From the human T2T-CHM13v2.0 reference genome, Homo sapiens, in assembly GCF_009914755.1 (NCBI RefSeq), contig NC_060926.1: a stretch of DNA of 64,000 bases, one strand, 5' to 3'. The notes below the pieces were generated by a model. The model was not told the DNA's origin, searched no databases, and worked only from the letters and a program-made list of their open reading frames with translations. The translations under genes and the position numbers were made by a program. Positions 1-13,659 of this stretch are shown in pieces. Each line of letters starts with the position of its first letter. Position 1 is the first letter of the stretch.

Positions 1-161
1 ATATCCAATATGGTAGTCACTAACTACATGTGGCTTTGGAATATTTAATATCTCCCTAGGTGTGTGACTAAGGGATTTCCTTTCTTGCTTTATTTAATTT
101 TACTTACACTTAAGCTTAAATTGCCATGTGTGGCTAGTGACTACCATATTGGATGGCACAG
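1..161. mobile_element. MER3 (hAT-Charlie MITE), cut by window start
   Basis: Resembles recalled MER3 consensus; perfect 20-bp inverted repeat ATCCAATATGGTAGTCACTA (3-22) / TAGTGACTACCATATTGGAT (135-154). Confidence 0.85.
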
Positions 162-1736
162 CTCTAAAAAGAAATTACAATGATTCCCTGAGAAACTTAA
201 AATGCTATAAATCCCTTTGACCAAAAGCTACTCAAAAAGTGTGAAGATGATTAAGATATAAGTTGCAAGAAACCCTTCTCACAAGTCAGCAAATCACGGA
301 TTGAGTTAGCAAAGAGCTCATTTTATGATACACGAGATAATATACGAAAATACATATTATGATAGCAGAAAAGATAGACATTTATATCAAATAAATATTA
401 TAAAATCAGCTTTATTCCAAAGCATTATTGAATGATTCCATCTGCCAGATGGTTTTTGTTGTTGTTCTGGGGGGCAGGAAGGAAGTTATTCCTAAGAAGG
501 ATAAAGATAAATTAATATTTACCCAACTTTTAAAAAATTTGCCTCAAAAGAATGAATGATTTGAGTATTGCCATCACGTTGATTATACAAGAATAATTTA
601 TTTCATGATTAACTCTGAATTTTCAAGTTGTTTTCATTATGAGCGCTGAAAGAAACAGGCAAGTGCACACAAGTTGGCCAAATGGTCAAGATAAATTCTG
701 GTCAATTCTTTAAGGACGGTCAGTGTTAGCAACTCCATCTCAGGGGTCCTGCTCTGGGAACCCATGTGTGGTCATCAGGATCACAGTCACCGTCCTCCAC
801 AAAATTCCCCTGGAGGTGGCAGCTGAAGACAACTCTGTAAGGGTGGAGATCAGCGCTTCCCTTTTCCTTCCAAGGAGATGGGAAAAGGCCTCGTTTTTGT
901 ATAACAGCAGCCCAGAATTCCAAAGCAGGAGAAATGAAGGCTGCTCTATAGCCAGTTAGCTGGGTTTTTGTAATGTTACCTTTTCTGAGGTTTCCCCAGA
1001 CTTCTAGGCATCTGGAGTCCTCCCTGGAACAGAAGGTTTTTAAGATCCTACAAATGGAGCCAATCTTCTCTAGCAGGGGACAGAGTAAATGGCTTAATAG
1101 GCCTATCACATCTTAATTTTTTTAATGGTTTTATATCCTGGGGTAACAGTGAGGAAGGCATGATTTTATTATTATTAATTATTATTCTATTATTACAGTT
1201 TTCCAGTCTGGCTCTTTGATGTTTACAAGTTCAGACAACATGTGGTTTTCAAGCCAGGTTTCATAACCTTAAACTACCTTTCCATGTGGCTTCTGTCCAC
1301 CCTATTTTGTTTTAGATCTTGTTTATGTTTGGCTTAAATCATGAGTTGGCTGTGGTGTGTATTTTGCCACATGGATTCAAGGCATCAGATGAAGACAGCA
1401 TTTTGGATGGCATCTACATCGAAGCACAGTTACAAAACTTGTGTGCCAATGCTTGCCAGACTCTGGCTGGGTGGATGAGTCCTGGGCTGCCCGTTGAATT
1501 CTGCCTGATCTCTGCCACTTGCCTCGTAAGGGTGTGAGCTTTACAGCTACAGTCTAGGTTCTCTGCTCAAACTAGAAAGTCTCTGTTCTACACGGAGTTT
1601 TGGCTTTGTTAGCCACAGATATTAGATGCATAAGTGCGTGACATAACTTAAAATAACATAAAAAAAATTCTACTGGGTACAGATTGTCAAGAATCTTGCA
1701 CACCAGGCCAAGGGGTTTATGTCTTGTAGAGTAGTG

Positions 1737-1925
1737 CAGTAGTCCTTAAAGGGTGGTCCCTGGAAAAGCAGTATCAGCATCACCCAGCAACTTGTTACAA
1801 ATGCAAACTTCCAGACCCCGTCCTAGACTGACTGAGTCAGAAACTCTGGGTGTAAGGCTCACCAATCTGTGTTTTAACCAGTCCTCCACATGGCTCTGAT
1901 GCACGCTCCAGTTTGGAAACCACTG
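1737..1925 (+). mobile_element. MER5A
   Basis: CAGT...CACTG termini; CAGCATCACC, TTGTTACAAATGCAAA, CAATCTGTGTTTTAAC core; 189 bp. Confidence 0.9.
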
Positions 1926-1960
1926 GTGTAGGGCATGGGGAGCTAGTTGAAAAGTGTTAG

Positions 1961-2272
<312 letters not shown>

Positions 2273-3098
2273 TTAGGTAGTGGAGTGAAATGGTCATTCA
2301 CACGCATTTTAGGAAGTTCTTGCCTGAAAAGGGAGAGACACTGGAGTCAGTGGAGAATAGTAAATCAACTTTATTGCAAAAATCTGAGCAAGGACATGAT
2401 GAGTGTCTCAGCCAGGATGTAGCAATGAGGCTAAAACTCACTAGACTCATCTGAAAGATGATGTGGAGGTAGAGTTTCTTGTGTTAGGTTATTGCCTAAC
2501 TATTGAACGTGAGGACCAGAAGTCTAGAATGACTCCCAGGTTCTGTCTTAGGTAGATATTGATGCTATTTAACAAGATAGAAAACAAAAGAAAAGCCTTT
2601 TCCTAAAACCATGCAGAAGCCAGAGGGCAAAAATTCAACATCCAGTCGAATTTGTGTGGTTTTGGCCACTTGGCTCAAACTCTAGAGAAAGGATTCTGTT
2701 GAAAGGCAGACAATAAAGTATCAGCCACAATGTCATGAACACAATGGGGCATATTGAAACCACATGCCTCTTGAATCAGAATACATGTTATGACAGTCTG
2801 TCTTCACTTCTCTTGGGCACCTGTAGTGGTAGTGGTGAATGAGTTGGCTGTGAAGATTCAGACTGAGACTGAACATAAATAGACAGGAGAGTTCACCAGC
2901 ATCGGGGACTGGCTTATGCAGAATACAGCACCACCTCCAAGTTGCGTCACATCTTTACATTGGCATCCTTGCCATTACCAAGGATGTGGTTTTGTCCATG
3001 GTCTGCCTGAACATAGGTATTAAGATGCTATGTAAAAGGGTGATTATTCTGTGTGGTCATAGACTTCAAAAGGTCAGAGCAAAACAGTCATAGCATTT

Positions 3099-3403
3099 CT
3101 TTTTCTTTTTTTTTTTTTTTTTTGAGACGGAGTCTTGCTCTGTCCCCCCAGGCTGGAGTGCTGTGGTGTGATTTCGGCTCACTGAAGCCTCTGCTTCCTG
3201 AGTTCAAGTGATTCTTCTGCCTCAGCCTCCCGAGTAGCTGGGATTACAGGCCCCCACCACTATGCTCAGCTAACTTGTATTTTTAGTAGAGATGGGGTTT
3301 CACCATGTTGGCCAGGCTGGTCTCAAACTCCTGACCTCAAGTGATCTGCCCACCTTGGCCTTCCAAAGTGCTGGATTACAGGCATGAGCCATCATGTCTG
3401 GCC
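3099..3403 (-). mobile_element. Alu (AluS)
   Basis: Poly-T then antisense dimer; TSD CAGTCATAGCATTT at 3085-3098 and 3404-3417. Confidence 0.97.
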
Positions 3404-3444
3404 CAGTCATAGCATTTTACAGTGGAAAGAAAACTCAGTGATAA

Positions 3445-3870
3445 GTCGTCAGACCCATTTTTTTCATAGATGGGAAAATTAAGGCCCAGGGAAAGGAAAT
3501 GACTTGTCCATGTCCAGGGCCTCCACTCAGGGCAGAGCACAAGATGCTTTTCTCCATAATCACCTCGAGGCAATCCCTAATTCCAGCTCACATCTCACTC
3601 AGTGAGAGCAACAAGGACAAACTCAAATCGAGCCCATCTATGTGTCAACAGGCATAGTGCTGCTTATTCCCCATGGATCAGCTCCTCCAGTCCCCACCTC
3701 AGTGCTGTACTTTAAGGACTGGTGTTATTCCCATTTTAGCAGATGTGAAAACAGAGGCTTAGAAAGGTCGAATCCTTGCCCAAGTTAACTCTATCAGCCA
3801 GGTGAGTGTCTAACCTGGTATTTGAAGCCAGATGCCTGATTCTAGGATCTGTGATTTCGACACCGATGCT
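3445..3870 (-). mobile_element. Two MIR fragments (~3445-3570, ~3715-3870)
   Basis: Antisense MIR core CCCATTTT..AGATG.GAAA..GAGGC occurs twice. Confidence 0.65.
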
Positions 3871-4152
3871 TTGTTGTTTCTTTTATCTCTGAAGCTTTCC
3901 TGAGCCCTGGCCTCAACAAGAGCTGGCTTCTTGCTACGTGTTCCAGCAGCCTCCATCCTCCCTTCTCCTCAACTTTAATCTCCCGTTGTCATTATTTTCT
4001 GTTGTCTCCTGTGCACTCCCATGAAGCCCTGCATTCTGGTCTCACTACAATTGCATGCTTTGCTTACAGATTGTTCCCCACTTGATTGCAAGCTTCAGCA
4101 GGAAAGACACTCGGTCCATCTTGTTCACAACTATGCATGTGCCTGACACCTA

Positions 4153-4519
<367 letters not shown>

Positions 4520-4664
4520 GTATAGTAAGATGTTGGCTTTTCAAGGGCAAGGGCAGGGATCCTGTGTCAGCCATCTCTATTTCTTCTCCAAAACCTACCA
4601 TGCTATTGTCATGCAGTGGGGACACTCTAAGGGTTTTTGAAAGCATGAATCAAGAGGAGAATTC

Positions 4665-4726
4665 AGCTGGGTGCGGTGGCTCACACCCATACCTATAATC
4701 CCAGCACTTTGGGAAGCTGAGGCAGA
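4665..4726 (+). mobile_element. Alu 5' fragment
   Basis: AGCTGGGTGCGGTGGCTCAC...TAATCCCAGCACTTTGGGAAGCTGAGGCAG, then an abrupt T14. Confidence 0.9.
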
Positions 4727-5147
4727 CCTTTTTTTTTTTTTTCCCAAAAAATCAAGATAGAAATAAAAGAGAATTCTTTCTAGAACAAAGAACAAGATTG
4801 GTCACGGCAGGTTCAGGAGGACTCTGTGTCTTCGGGAATAGAGGAAGCAGTTGGCACAGAGAGGAGAGTCTGGAGAATGCCAAGGACAAACTACGATGAC
4901 CTCACAAATGTTCCCCATATGTGGAGCACTGAAAGTCTGAGAAGCATTCTGACAGGGATAAGGGAGAAGGAGCGGGTCACCTTTGCTTAGTGTCTACACT
5001 GGCCTGTCTTGTTTCCTCCTCAGTCCTCCAGTGTGGAAGCCACAGCTCTTGTTCCTGAGGTTGAAGGATCTCAATGGCTTCTGCACATAGTAGGCAAACT
5101 ACAAATGTCAAATGAATGCATACAAGAAACACCGATAATCTTCGTTA

Positions 5148-5322
5148 AAATTTATTAGGTGCTACAAACTAGCTACTATCAGTATGTTACATGGGTTGTA
5201 AAGTAGACCACCATTATCCTCAATTAATCATGGAGGAAGCAGAAGTCCTGGAGGATGAAATTGCTTGCCTATGGCTACGCGAGCTAGCAGGTGGTGAATC
5301 AGAGTGGGAGCCCAGCAGTCCA
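5148..5322 (-). mobile_element. MIR
   Basis: Degenerate antisense MIR core. Confidence 0.6.
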
Positions 5323-6524
5323 GCATCTGTACCCTTCATGACCCCCATAAACAGCCCACTGTGAGTGACGTGTTGCAGCAGCACAGATGTACATGACAGA
5401 CTCCTCCTCAGGGATCATTTCTCTGACTGCATAATAGGAGCCAGGCTGGATGTTGAATGAGGGTGCAGCATTATCAGCAAGTTGTAATGACAGGGAGCAC
5501 TCAGCGAGCATTCCTGGCACAGGTGTGGGTAGAGGCACAGAAACCCATGAATGAATAGTTGAGTATTGGATGTGAAGGGATGGGAGTCAGTTTCCCCCCA
5601 CCCTTGTAGGTAATATCTGTCTCTTCATCACTGCTGTTCTAAAAGATGGCCCCAAAAGTTCAGTCTCTGTAAAATGTGTTCTAAATTAGTGGCCCCTTAG
5701 GGATTCTGGGGCTATTTCCCCTAGACAGAGGTCAAGGGACTGGCTGGACTGGTCCAGCAGCCAGGGGGCCATGGAGTGGCTGCAACCTCAAGCAGGGTAT
5801 GTTCTTCCACCCTCTCTTACCCTCTCACCTCTCAGCCAGGGAACTGAGGCTCAGGCCTCTCATGGGGAGGCGAGAAGAGAAACCAAGAAGATAAGTGAGG
5901 CGGGGCCTGGGCCTTGTCCACTTCCCAGCAGACTCACCTGCTCAGTGGGCTGCCTTGCTATGTGGTCCTGAGGAAGCCCTTCGAGGGCTTGGGCCTATTG
6001 TCTATGGAGGGGATGGTGATAATGCTTTCTGGCTCCTGCAGACCCTGAGTGAGAGTCAGTGATTGAAAAGAATGTGGGAAGGCGTTCACAGTGTGGTTTC
6101 CTGCTGGATCTGAGCCCACCATGAAAGCTGGGGTCTCCTGACCCAGCACTTAGGCAACCATATCACGCCCTCCTTGCCGATCTGGGCATGTGTATGTTAG
6201 TTGTGTGTGCGTGCAGGTGTCTGTAGGCATTCAGTGGTTCTGCCAGGGAATTTGTTCTTTGCAACTGAGCTTTTCACAGGCAGGAAGGCCTGAGAGTGAT
6301 GTCAGTTTCTCCCCATTGACTCTGTGGGATGAACTCTGCCCCTATACTTACTCCTCCTCCTGCAACCCATCCTTTAACTTCTATGATTGGGGTCCTTGGT
6401 GATGAGCCATGTCATAAGGTCAGGTTCTTCCACCTGCAGAGCACTTGGCATTTCCAGACCACATGCATGATACTTAGGAGAAGGCTTCTCCTTGCACAGT
6501 CAAAAAGGGTAGGGAAAGTTCTGC

Positions 6525-7031
<507 letters not shown>

Positions 7032-7344
7032 ATAGCCCGCAGTTTTAATTTGGCCATCCTGTGGAGACTCATGAGGCTGAGCAGTGATGCTGCCAAGGCG
7101 ATGGACACTGGATTGACTCTTTGGTAGTTTCGGCTTTGCTCTGGGAGGCCTCCGTGGATTGTTCCCGGGAAGGGACTGTGGCTCCTTCTGCCTCACTGGA
7201 GCATCAATTCCTGAACCTGATGTTTCTCTACTGTGAGCCAATCCTCGTGTTTTATTCTCTAATCTCGGCTTTGCCAAAAAGCAGGCAGCCTTTGGAGAAC
7301 CTAAAGAGGCGACAGACCGAGTTTTTCCTCTGGTCTGTACAATG

Positions 7345-7440
7345 GTGGGCAAACCTCTGTGTCTCTCTGGGCCTCAGTTTTCCCACCAGTGATATGAGAT
7401 TATTCTAGAATGATATTTTAGAGTCTTTTCAGCTCTGACG
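7345..7440 (+). mobile_element. MIR/MIR3 fragment
   Basis: CTCTCTGGGCCTCAGTTTTCCCA core. Confidence 0.6.
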
Positions 7441-9771
7441 TCATTTCGTTTCATTGCATAGCATTGCAGTGCTCTGTATTTTATCTTTAGACACCCTCCC
7501 TCTCTGAAATGTTATAATCTTTCTCACGGAGGCTTCTCCCCTTCTGGCTAGTCTGTCTTAAAGTATAGCACCACCTTCTGGTGATTGGTTTACTCCTTCC
7601 CCCGCCTCCCACTCTAGCTCCTGTCTGATTCTTGGTTCCTCCCTTCCTCCAGAAACTAGGCTGAAAACCGATGACCAGGCACAGACACCTGGCTGTGGGC
7701 ATCTCTCTGCAGAGCTCACCTGGGAGGGTCAGTGGTGAGTTGCAGCTGGACCCGGCATTCTTCCATCAAGACAGTGCCGATGCCCTTCCTGGGGCTGAGA
7801 TCACACCAGGAGCCGGGGAGGAGCTGGCTACCTTGGCAGAGCCTGGATGGCCTGGGGTGGCAGCAGCTGAAAGTGCATAATTCATGAGGGATTTGCTCCA
7901 TCAGGAAGCAAGGGCAGAAGTAGACAAGGTCCTCGGCCTGGTTTTTCTTTCCCTTTTGCTTTTGTTTTGAGGTGAAGAAGCAGGCTTCAGAAAAATGTAT
8001 GGGCAGCCAAGTTTCAGAGGCTCTTAGAGTTTTTGGATTTTTTTTTGGGGGGGGGCTTTATTTTGTGTGGAAAAGAAAGCAAGAAAAAGAAGGGGTGTGT
8101 TTAGGGCTTTTTCCCCCATGAGAGAAATGTGGAGGGCCTCCCTGAGCATGTGTCTTTGTCTCTATGGGTCATGGCTCCTGAGCAGATTTCTCAAAGTTGC
8201 TCTCATCTGCCCAACACTCATGACGGTCTGAGGGTTCAGCTGTGGGGATAGAGAGGATGGAGGGCTGCGGGGGATCTTCTACCAGGACCTGTCAGCTCAC
8301 TACCTAGGAGGACAGAGTTTAGGCTTGTCTCTATCCTGGAGAAACCCAACTGTCCCCAAACAGGCCAGGCCTTGTGTGGCTTTAAATTTCTGGAAGTACA
8401 CATTGTATTGACTTGGGAATGTTTGCTGTAAGAACTCTGACCTGGCAGATAGGAGACCAGATTCCAAATTATGAATGCACTGCTCTAGGTGTTCTTCAGC
8501 AACTGATTGTCTTTTATCTTCCAAGCATAGTTTCTTCTTTCGCAAGGAGAGGGTAGAAATGAAGAGTTTCAAGATTTCTGAGCTTCATTCTATCCCATTA
8601 TTCTAGAACACTAGGAGTTAAATGATAGGGGTTTTCATTCACACTCTGCCTCTTCCCTGATAAGCCAAGTAACTTGTCTTGCTCCTAATGAGTTTGTCAG
8701 TTTGGGCAGCATCATGCATTGGAGTGGGACAGGGCCAAGATGTGCAGGTGCCCCATGCCATCCCAACCCCATGAGCTCTGCATGCTTGCAGGGTTGTTGG
8801 AAGGATGTCCAAGGCTGCAGTGAAACTTTGCTGCTGTGGATGGGGTGGGTGAGCACACATACAGGTGCCTGGGCCTGGAGCAGGCTGGGGAAGTGCAGGG
8901 AAGGTAGACAGAACCAATGGGATGGCTGTGATCCCATACAGAGAGCCACTAATTAAGGCCCATATATCAGCTAAAAGGAAGGAATTATCAGCAATCAAAA
9001 GAAAAATGTAAACACATTCCAAATTGTACATTTTTTTAACCTTCACCTAGTCGGGTGGTCCGTGTTTGTTCTATGCCACAAGGCAAATGTGTGTACCTGC
9101 ACAGACACACCTGTGTGCGTATGCTCTGAATTAGAAGGGTTTCATCGAACGAGGCCGGCAGGGTGATACTCAGCTGCCAGGCCTCAGCCTTGTGGGAATT
9201 GGCAGGAAACTGTTGGTAAATCACTTGGGATTCTGTGGGTACAGGCACTGTGTTCACTGAAGATATCATTAGCGCCTTTCGTCAGGAGCCAGAAGCCCAC
9301 AGTGCAGTCTACCGGTGCTTGACTTAGCTTGTCCAGCAGTGAAATTAACATAATAAAACTCAGTTAACAGAGATGCTACAGATTTAATTAGTTCCTTAAC
9401 AGTTAAAGAAGAGTTATGAGATCCTGAGCCCTCCATCTTCAAAAGCAATTTGGGCAGATTGATGTCACCGTCCGACATCTCCACCGAAATTCTGGGTTGC
9501 CAAAGTCAATTTGGGAAATTGCTCATATTATTCTACCTCCTTCCTTACCACCTTGAAAGGAAGCACTTCCAGGTTGCCTCTCAACTGATTCTTCCAGAGC
9601 CTGGGACTCACCGGAAATAGGGAGGTTCTACCCTATGGGCTCTGGAGCTTCTCCTTTGGAGTGCCTGGCCCCTCTGCCTCTCCTCCCACATCCCAGAACC
9701 TGCCTCATCTGCCCTTTGCATTCTGCAGGTGCTCAGTAGATACAAGTTGTAGCTATCGTTCTTCTAACACC

Positions 9772-10060
9772 TTTTTTTTTTCTTTAGACAAAGTTTCACT
9801 CTTGTTGCCCAGGCTGGAATGCAGTGGCGCAATCTTGGCAACCTCCACCCCCCGGGTTCAAGCAATTCTCCTGCCTCAGCCTCCTGAGTAGCTGGAATTA
9901 CAGGCATGTGCCACCATGCCTGGCTAATTTTTGTATTTTTAGTAGACGTGGGGGTTTCACCATGTTGGTCAGGCTGGTCTTGAACTCCTGACTTGAGGTG
10001 TTCCACCTGCCTCAGCCTCCCAAAATGCTGGGATTACAGGCGTGAGCCACCATGCCCAGT
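9772..10060 (-). mobile_element. Alu (AluSq/Sp-like)
   Basis: GTTTCACTCTTGTTGCCC variant; near-TSD GTTCTTCTAAC / GTTCTTCCAAC. Confidence 0.96.
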
Positions 10061-10308
10061 GTTGTTCTTCCAACTTCCTGTGCATTCGGTGCCTCTTCTG
10101 AATCTGTATTAGATGCCATAAAATGTAATATGGCTATTAAGCTGTTTGTTCTGGGCTGGTGGATTTAGCAGTGTTTGGGCATGGTAGGTGACTGAGTGAG
10201 AGCTACAACAACTTGAGAAGTTCGGGACACTCACTCAGGAGACCCGTAATAGCTCGACCTCTTATTTTCTGTTTTGTTTTGTTTGTTTGTTTTGTTTTCT
10301 CTCTTCAG

Positions 10309-10655
10309 GAATCATGTTTACAAAGCATTCCCTTGGCAAGAGGCTGTCTATAGGATCCAGATGGTCTGACCCCAAGTCAGATGTCCTTTATAACCTTGCT
10401 TTTATGGTCCTCTGACCAGCAGCATTAACATCACCCTCACCTGGGAGCTCATTAGGAATGCAGAATCTCGGGCCTCATCCCTGATCCACTGAATTGGAAT
10501 CTGCATCTTAACAAGATCCTCAGGCAATCTGTAAGCATATGCATGTTTGAGAAGCACTGCTGTACAACACTTTGTAACAATCTCTCTTGTCCAAGAGCGG
10601 GGACGAAGCTAGCTGTGAAAGCTAACACAGGTCTCAGGTGTTCTTCTTCCTGCAA
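10309..10655 (+). other. Candidate non-coding exon
   Basis: ~45-nt T-rich tract ending TTCTCTCTTCAG|G at 10308; possible donor CAA|GTGAGG at 10655; no transcript evidence available. Confidence 0.3.
10400..10559 (+). mobile_element. MER5A1
   Basis: GGAATGCAGAATCTC, GAATCTGCATCTTAACAAGATCC, TTTGAGAAGCACTG end. Confidence 0.85.
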
Positions 10656-11142
10656 GTGAGGGTTGGACAGCCCAAGCCATGCTTCGCCTGGGCCCTGAGG
10701 AGGCCTCACCCCCCACTCCCCATGGCAGCAACATTCTCCTTGAGCCTTCCTTGGTGGTCCGATGTCAGCATCTTGCCAATCCAGGCGAAGGCATCATGCC
10801 ACACTGACAGATGGCCCAAAGTAGGACAGACAGAAGAAATGTATGTTTATCAAATTTGGGTTGAAAAGACCACGTTCCCCCAGCATAGGCTGTCAAACAG
10901 CTGTCATTCAGGAGCATATGGCCCAGCGGTGAGAGGGCACAGACACAGCTAATCCCACTCTTAGAGAGATTAGCTCTGACGAGTGAAGAAAGTTGCGGCT
11001 GTCGCCAGGGTGCTGCCTGGGAGGAGAGGGTGGAGGGTCTGCATTGTGGTTCATTTCCCGAATCACCTTCCCTGTGATCGAGGCTCCTGTCTGCCCAAAA
11101 GAAGCCAGAATGAAATGATGCTGTAGAAATAACTATGACAGT

Positions 11143-11355
11143 AATAATAATAAATCTACCATTTATCAACCACCTGCTTTGTGTCAGGTAACAGTAGGTT
11201 ATTTATTTCTACCACTTTATTCCGTGCAGGGGCCCTTTTGGAAACATATTATTATCTCCACTTTACAGATGAGAAACACAGGTCTCTGAGATGCAATTGT
11301 GGGTCCCCAGGTGGTGCAAGCGATGGTGGTTCCTGCAGTCCCTGGGCAGGTCAGG
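11143..11355 (-). mobile_element. MIR
   Basis: (AAT)n tail then CCACTTTACAGATGAGAAACACAGG core. Confidence 0.75.
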
Positions 11356-12214
11356 AAACACTCCTGCATTCAGATAGCCAATTCTGGCCCCTATGTAATG
11401 AAGATGCTGACAACTAAAGTATAAGGAGGGAGCAATGTTTGCAACACAGAAGCAGATGAGACGATGTCTACACGCGGTGGTTTAAATGGGAACATGGCTT
11501 TTTACACTGCTGAGAGTCCAGGACCACATCAATGGGACAGCAGGCCTTGCACAATGTGACTCTCTGTCCAGCTCAGCTGGAGTCCAGCACACCTGCAGCC
11601 AAGGCATGAGACATATAATTTCCCATGCCGTCATCTCCACCCAAAACTTCACCCCTCAGGGTGCCCTGTGTGGTGAGTGGACTAAATAGGCTGAGACTTT
11701 AAGAGCAGAAGCACACACTTATTGAACACCTGCTGAAAGTCAGGCTTTCTTCTAGACACATGTCATGCAGCCTGGCTGGTGTTGAGGCTGTGGTTCCCCT
11801 GCAGGTAGAGGACATTGAAGCGGTGGAGGCTGAGAAGAAACACGCAGGTGGGTGTTGACCAAGCCATGAAGAAGTAGCCATTGCTGCAAGCCCAGGGTGG
11901 CTCCAGATGGCTGGCGTTCAGAAGTGGTTCTGTTTCCTCTGCTGAGGCTGTTATTTTTAATTGCCATGTGCATTTCTCACTCTGCCCAGGAAAGGAAGCT
12001 GAAGGGTTGAAAACACAGTCTCATGTAGCAACTTGTGTAGAGATTCTGGTCTGATCAGAATGGAGGAGAGAGTGCTGAATATGATATTAGAAGTGAAAAC
12101 ATGTTTGTTTTATGTGCTTGGATAAAAGGATCATGCAGCTCAGTCCTCAGCCAAATTTCAAAGAGTTTCCCTAAATGACCTTGAAGAGCCCCTGATCTCA
12201 GTAAAAGCAAGAAT

Positions 12215-12330
12215 TTCAGTTCAACAAATGTTTATAGAGCATATCCATGAGCCAGGGATGCCCAGACGTGACTTAGACTGGGCCTTGCCCTCCAATAACT
12301 CATAATCAGGAGAGGATTAACAGGTAAGAG
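12215..12330 (-). mobile_element. L2 3' end
   Basis: TTCAACAAATGTTTATAGAGC antisense L2 terminus. Confidence 0.6.
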
Positions 12331-12427
12331 AACACCTTTCCCAAAGTCTTGGTTTTATCATTTATGGTTTAAATTGTTATAAGAAAACCCAAAGCTTCGT
12401 GATACTTTCTTGTAACTTACTATGAAA

Positions 12428-12742
12428 CGTGATAGGCAGAGTAACGCCTTCCCACCTTCAAAGATGCCCACGTAGTACAGAAAATAAGATGTGATGATAT
12501 GGCAGAGGCTGGAGTGATGCAGGGCCATGAGCCCAGCAAGGCGGACAATTTCTAGAAGCTGAAAAAGGCAAGAAAATGGAGAACTGAGACCCTCCAGAAG
12601 GAGCAAAGCATCACAGAACCTTGATTTTAGCCAGCAGGATTTTGGATTTCCGACTCCAACACTATAAGCTAGTAAAACTGGTATCATTTTAAGTCACCAA
12701 GTTAGTAATAATTTGTTACAGCAGCAAAAGGAATCTAACACA
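12428..12742 (+). mobile_element. MLT1D solo LTR (ERVL-MaLR), internally deleted
   Basis: GATAGGCAGAGTAA start, CTAGAAGCTGAAAAAGGCAAG, TAATTTGTTACAGCAGC...CTAACACA end. Confidence 0.85.
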
Positions 12743-13049
12743 GGGCACAGTCTGAACTGTGCATGGGAGAATGGCAAGAGGGGATGCCACCTGGCCAACC
12801 AGTGACCTCGTCAATTGCCAAACACCTGCTATCAATAAGTGACACAATCTATACTTGCCATCATATAAATGGTAACAGAGTTATTTTTACTGTATTTTAT
12901 GGGGAAATGACATGCTATAATGGCATTTACAAATTTTGGAGGTGGTGACAGTCTTGGACTCTAGCCCTTGGGAGTGTTTGGGCTCTGCTATGCAGGTGAG
13001 CACAAGACCTGCTGGAAGCCCAGAGGGTGGGACGCTTACCAAGCTGGGA

Positions 13050-13390
13050 AGAAGGCTACCTGGAGAAGCAGATGTCAACTGCAGTTTTGAAGGATGGTTA
13101 AGATCCAGCCAGGTGACTGATGGCAAAGACAGAGGACATAGCATGAACAAGCATGCAGAGGTGTGTGCAGTTATGTATAAAGAGAAGCCAAATCATGACA
13201 CCCAGATTCTAGAGAGGAATGCAGCTGGCAGGCCATAGAGGATATTTTACATCATGATAAGGGATTTGGGCTTCACCTACTTTGGCAATAATGGCAACCC
13301 ATCAACACATTTTAAATGAAGGTTAAACTGATCAGTCTATGCTTTACAGGGATCATATTGACCCATAAAAGTTGGATTGGAGGGAGCAGG
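13050..13390 (-). mobile_element. L2 remnant
   Basis: Antisense L2-like text such as ATAAGGGATTTGGGCTT. Confidence 0.55.
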
Positions 13391-13659
13391 ACTAACATTC
13401 CATTAGAATTCCAGATGAACAGGCAAGGGGTACCCTGGAAAAGCTAAGTTGCTCTTTCATTCCTCTAAGACCAGCATATTCCCTGGGACGTCTTCTCTTA
13501 CCTTCTTAGTTACATGAGTGGGCTTCCCCGTCTGACCCTTTACCTCTCAAGAATAATGGAGCCGGCATATTTGTCTGGCTCTGGTCCTTGGAATGGGCCC
13601 TGATAGAGGCACTCACCATCATTGGAAAGGGCTGGAGAGTCTAGGCCTGACTGCCTTCT

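Noticed and set aside
1-161. Hairpin-forming inverted repeat as a possible miRNA or terminator (also Tigger hairpins at ~63335-63385)
   Set aside because: Intrinsic palindromes of MER3 and Tigger3 elements
11788-11853. Possible 43-nt micro-exon CTGCAG|GTAGAG...CGCAG|GTGGGT
   Set aside because: Good donor but weak pyrimidine tract; unsupportable without transcript data
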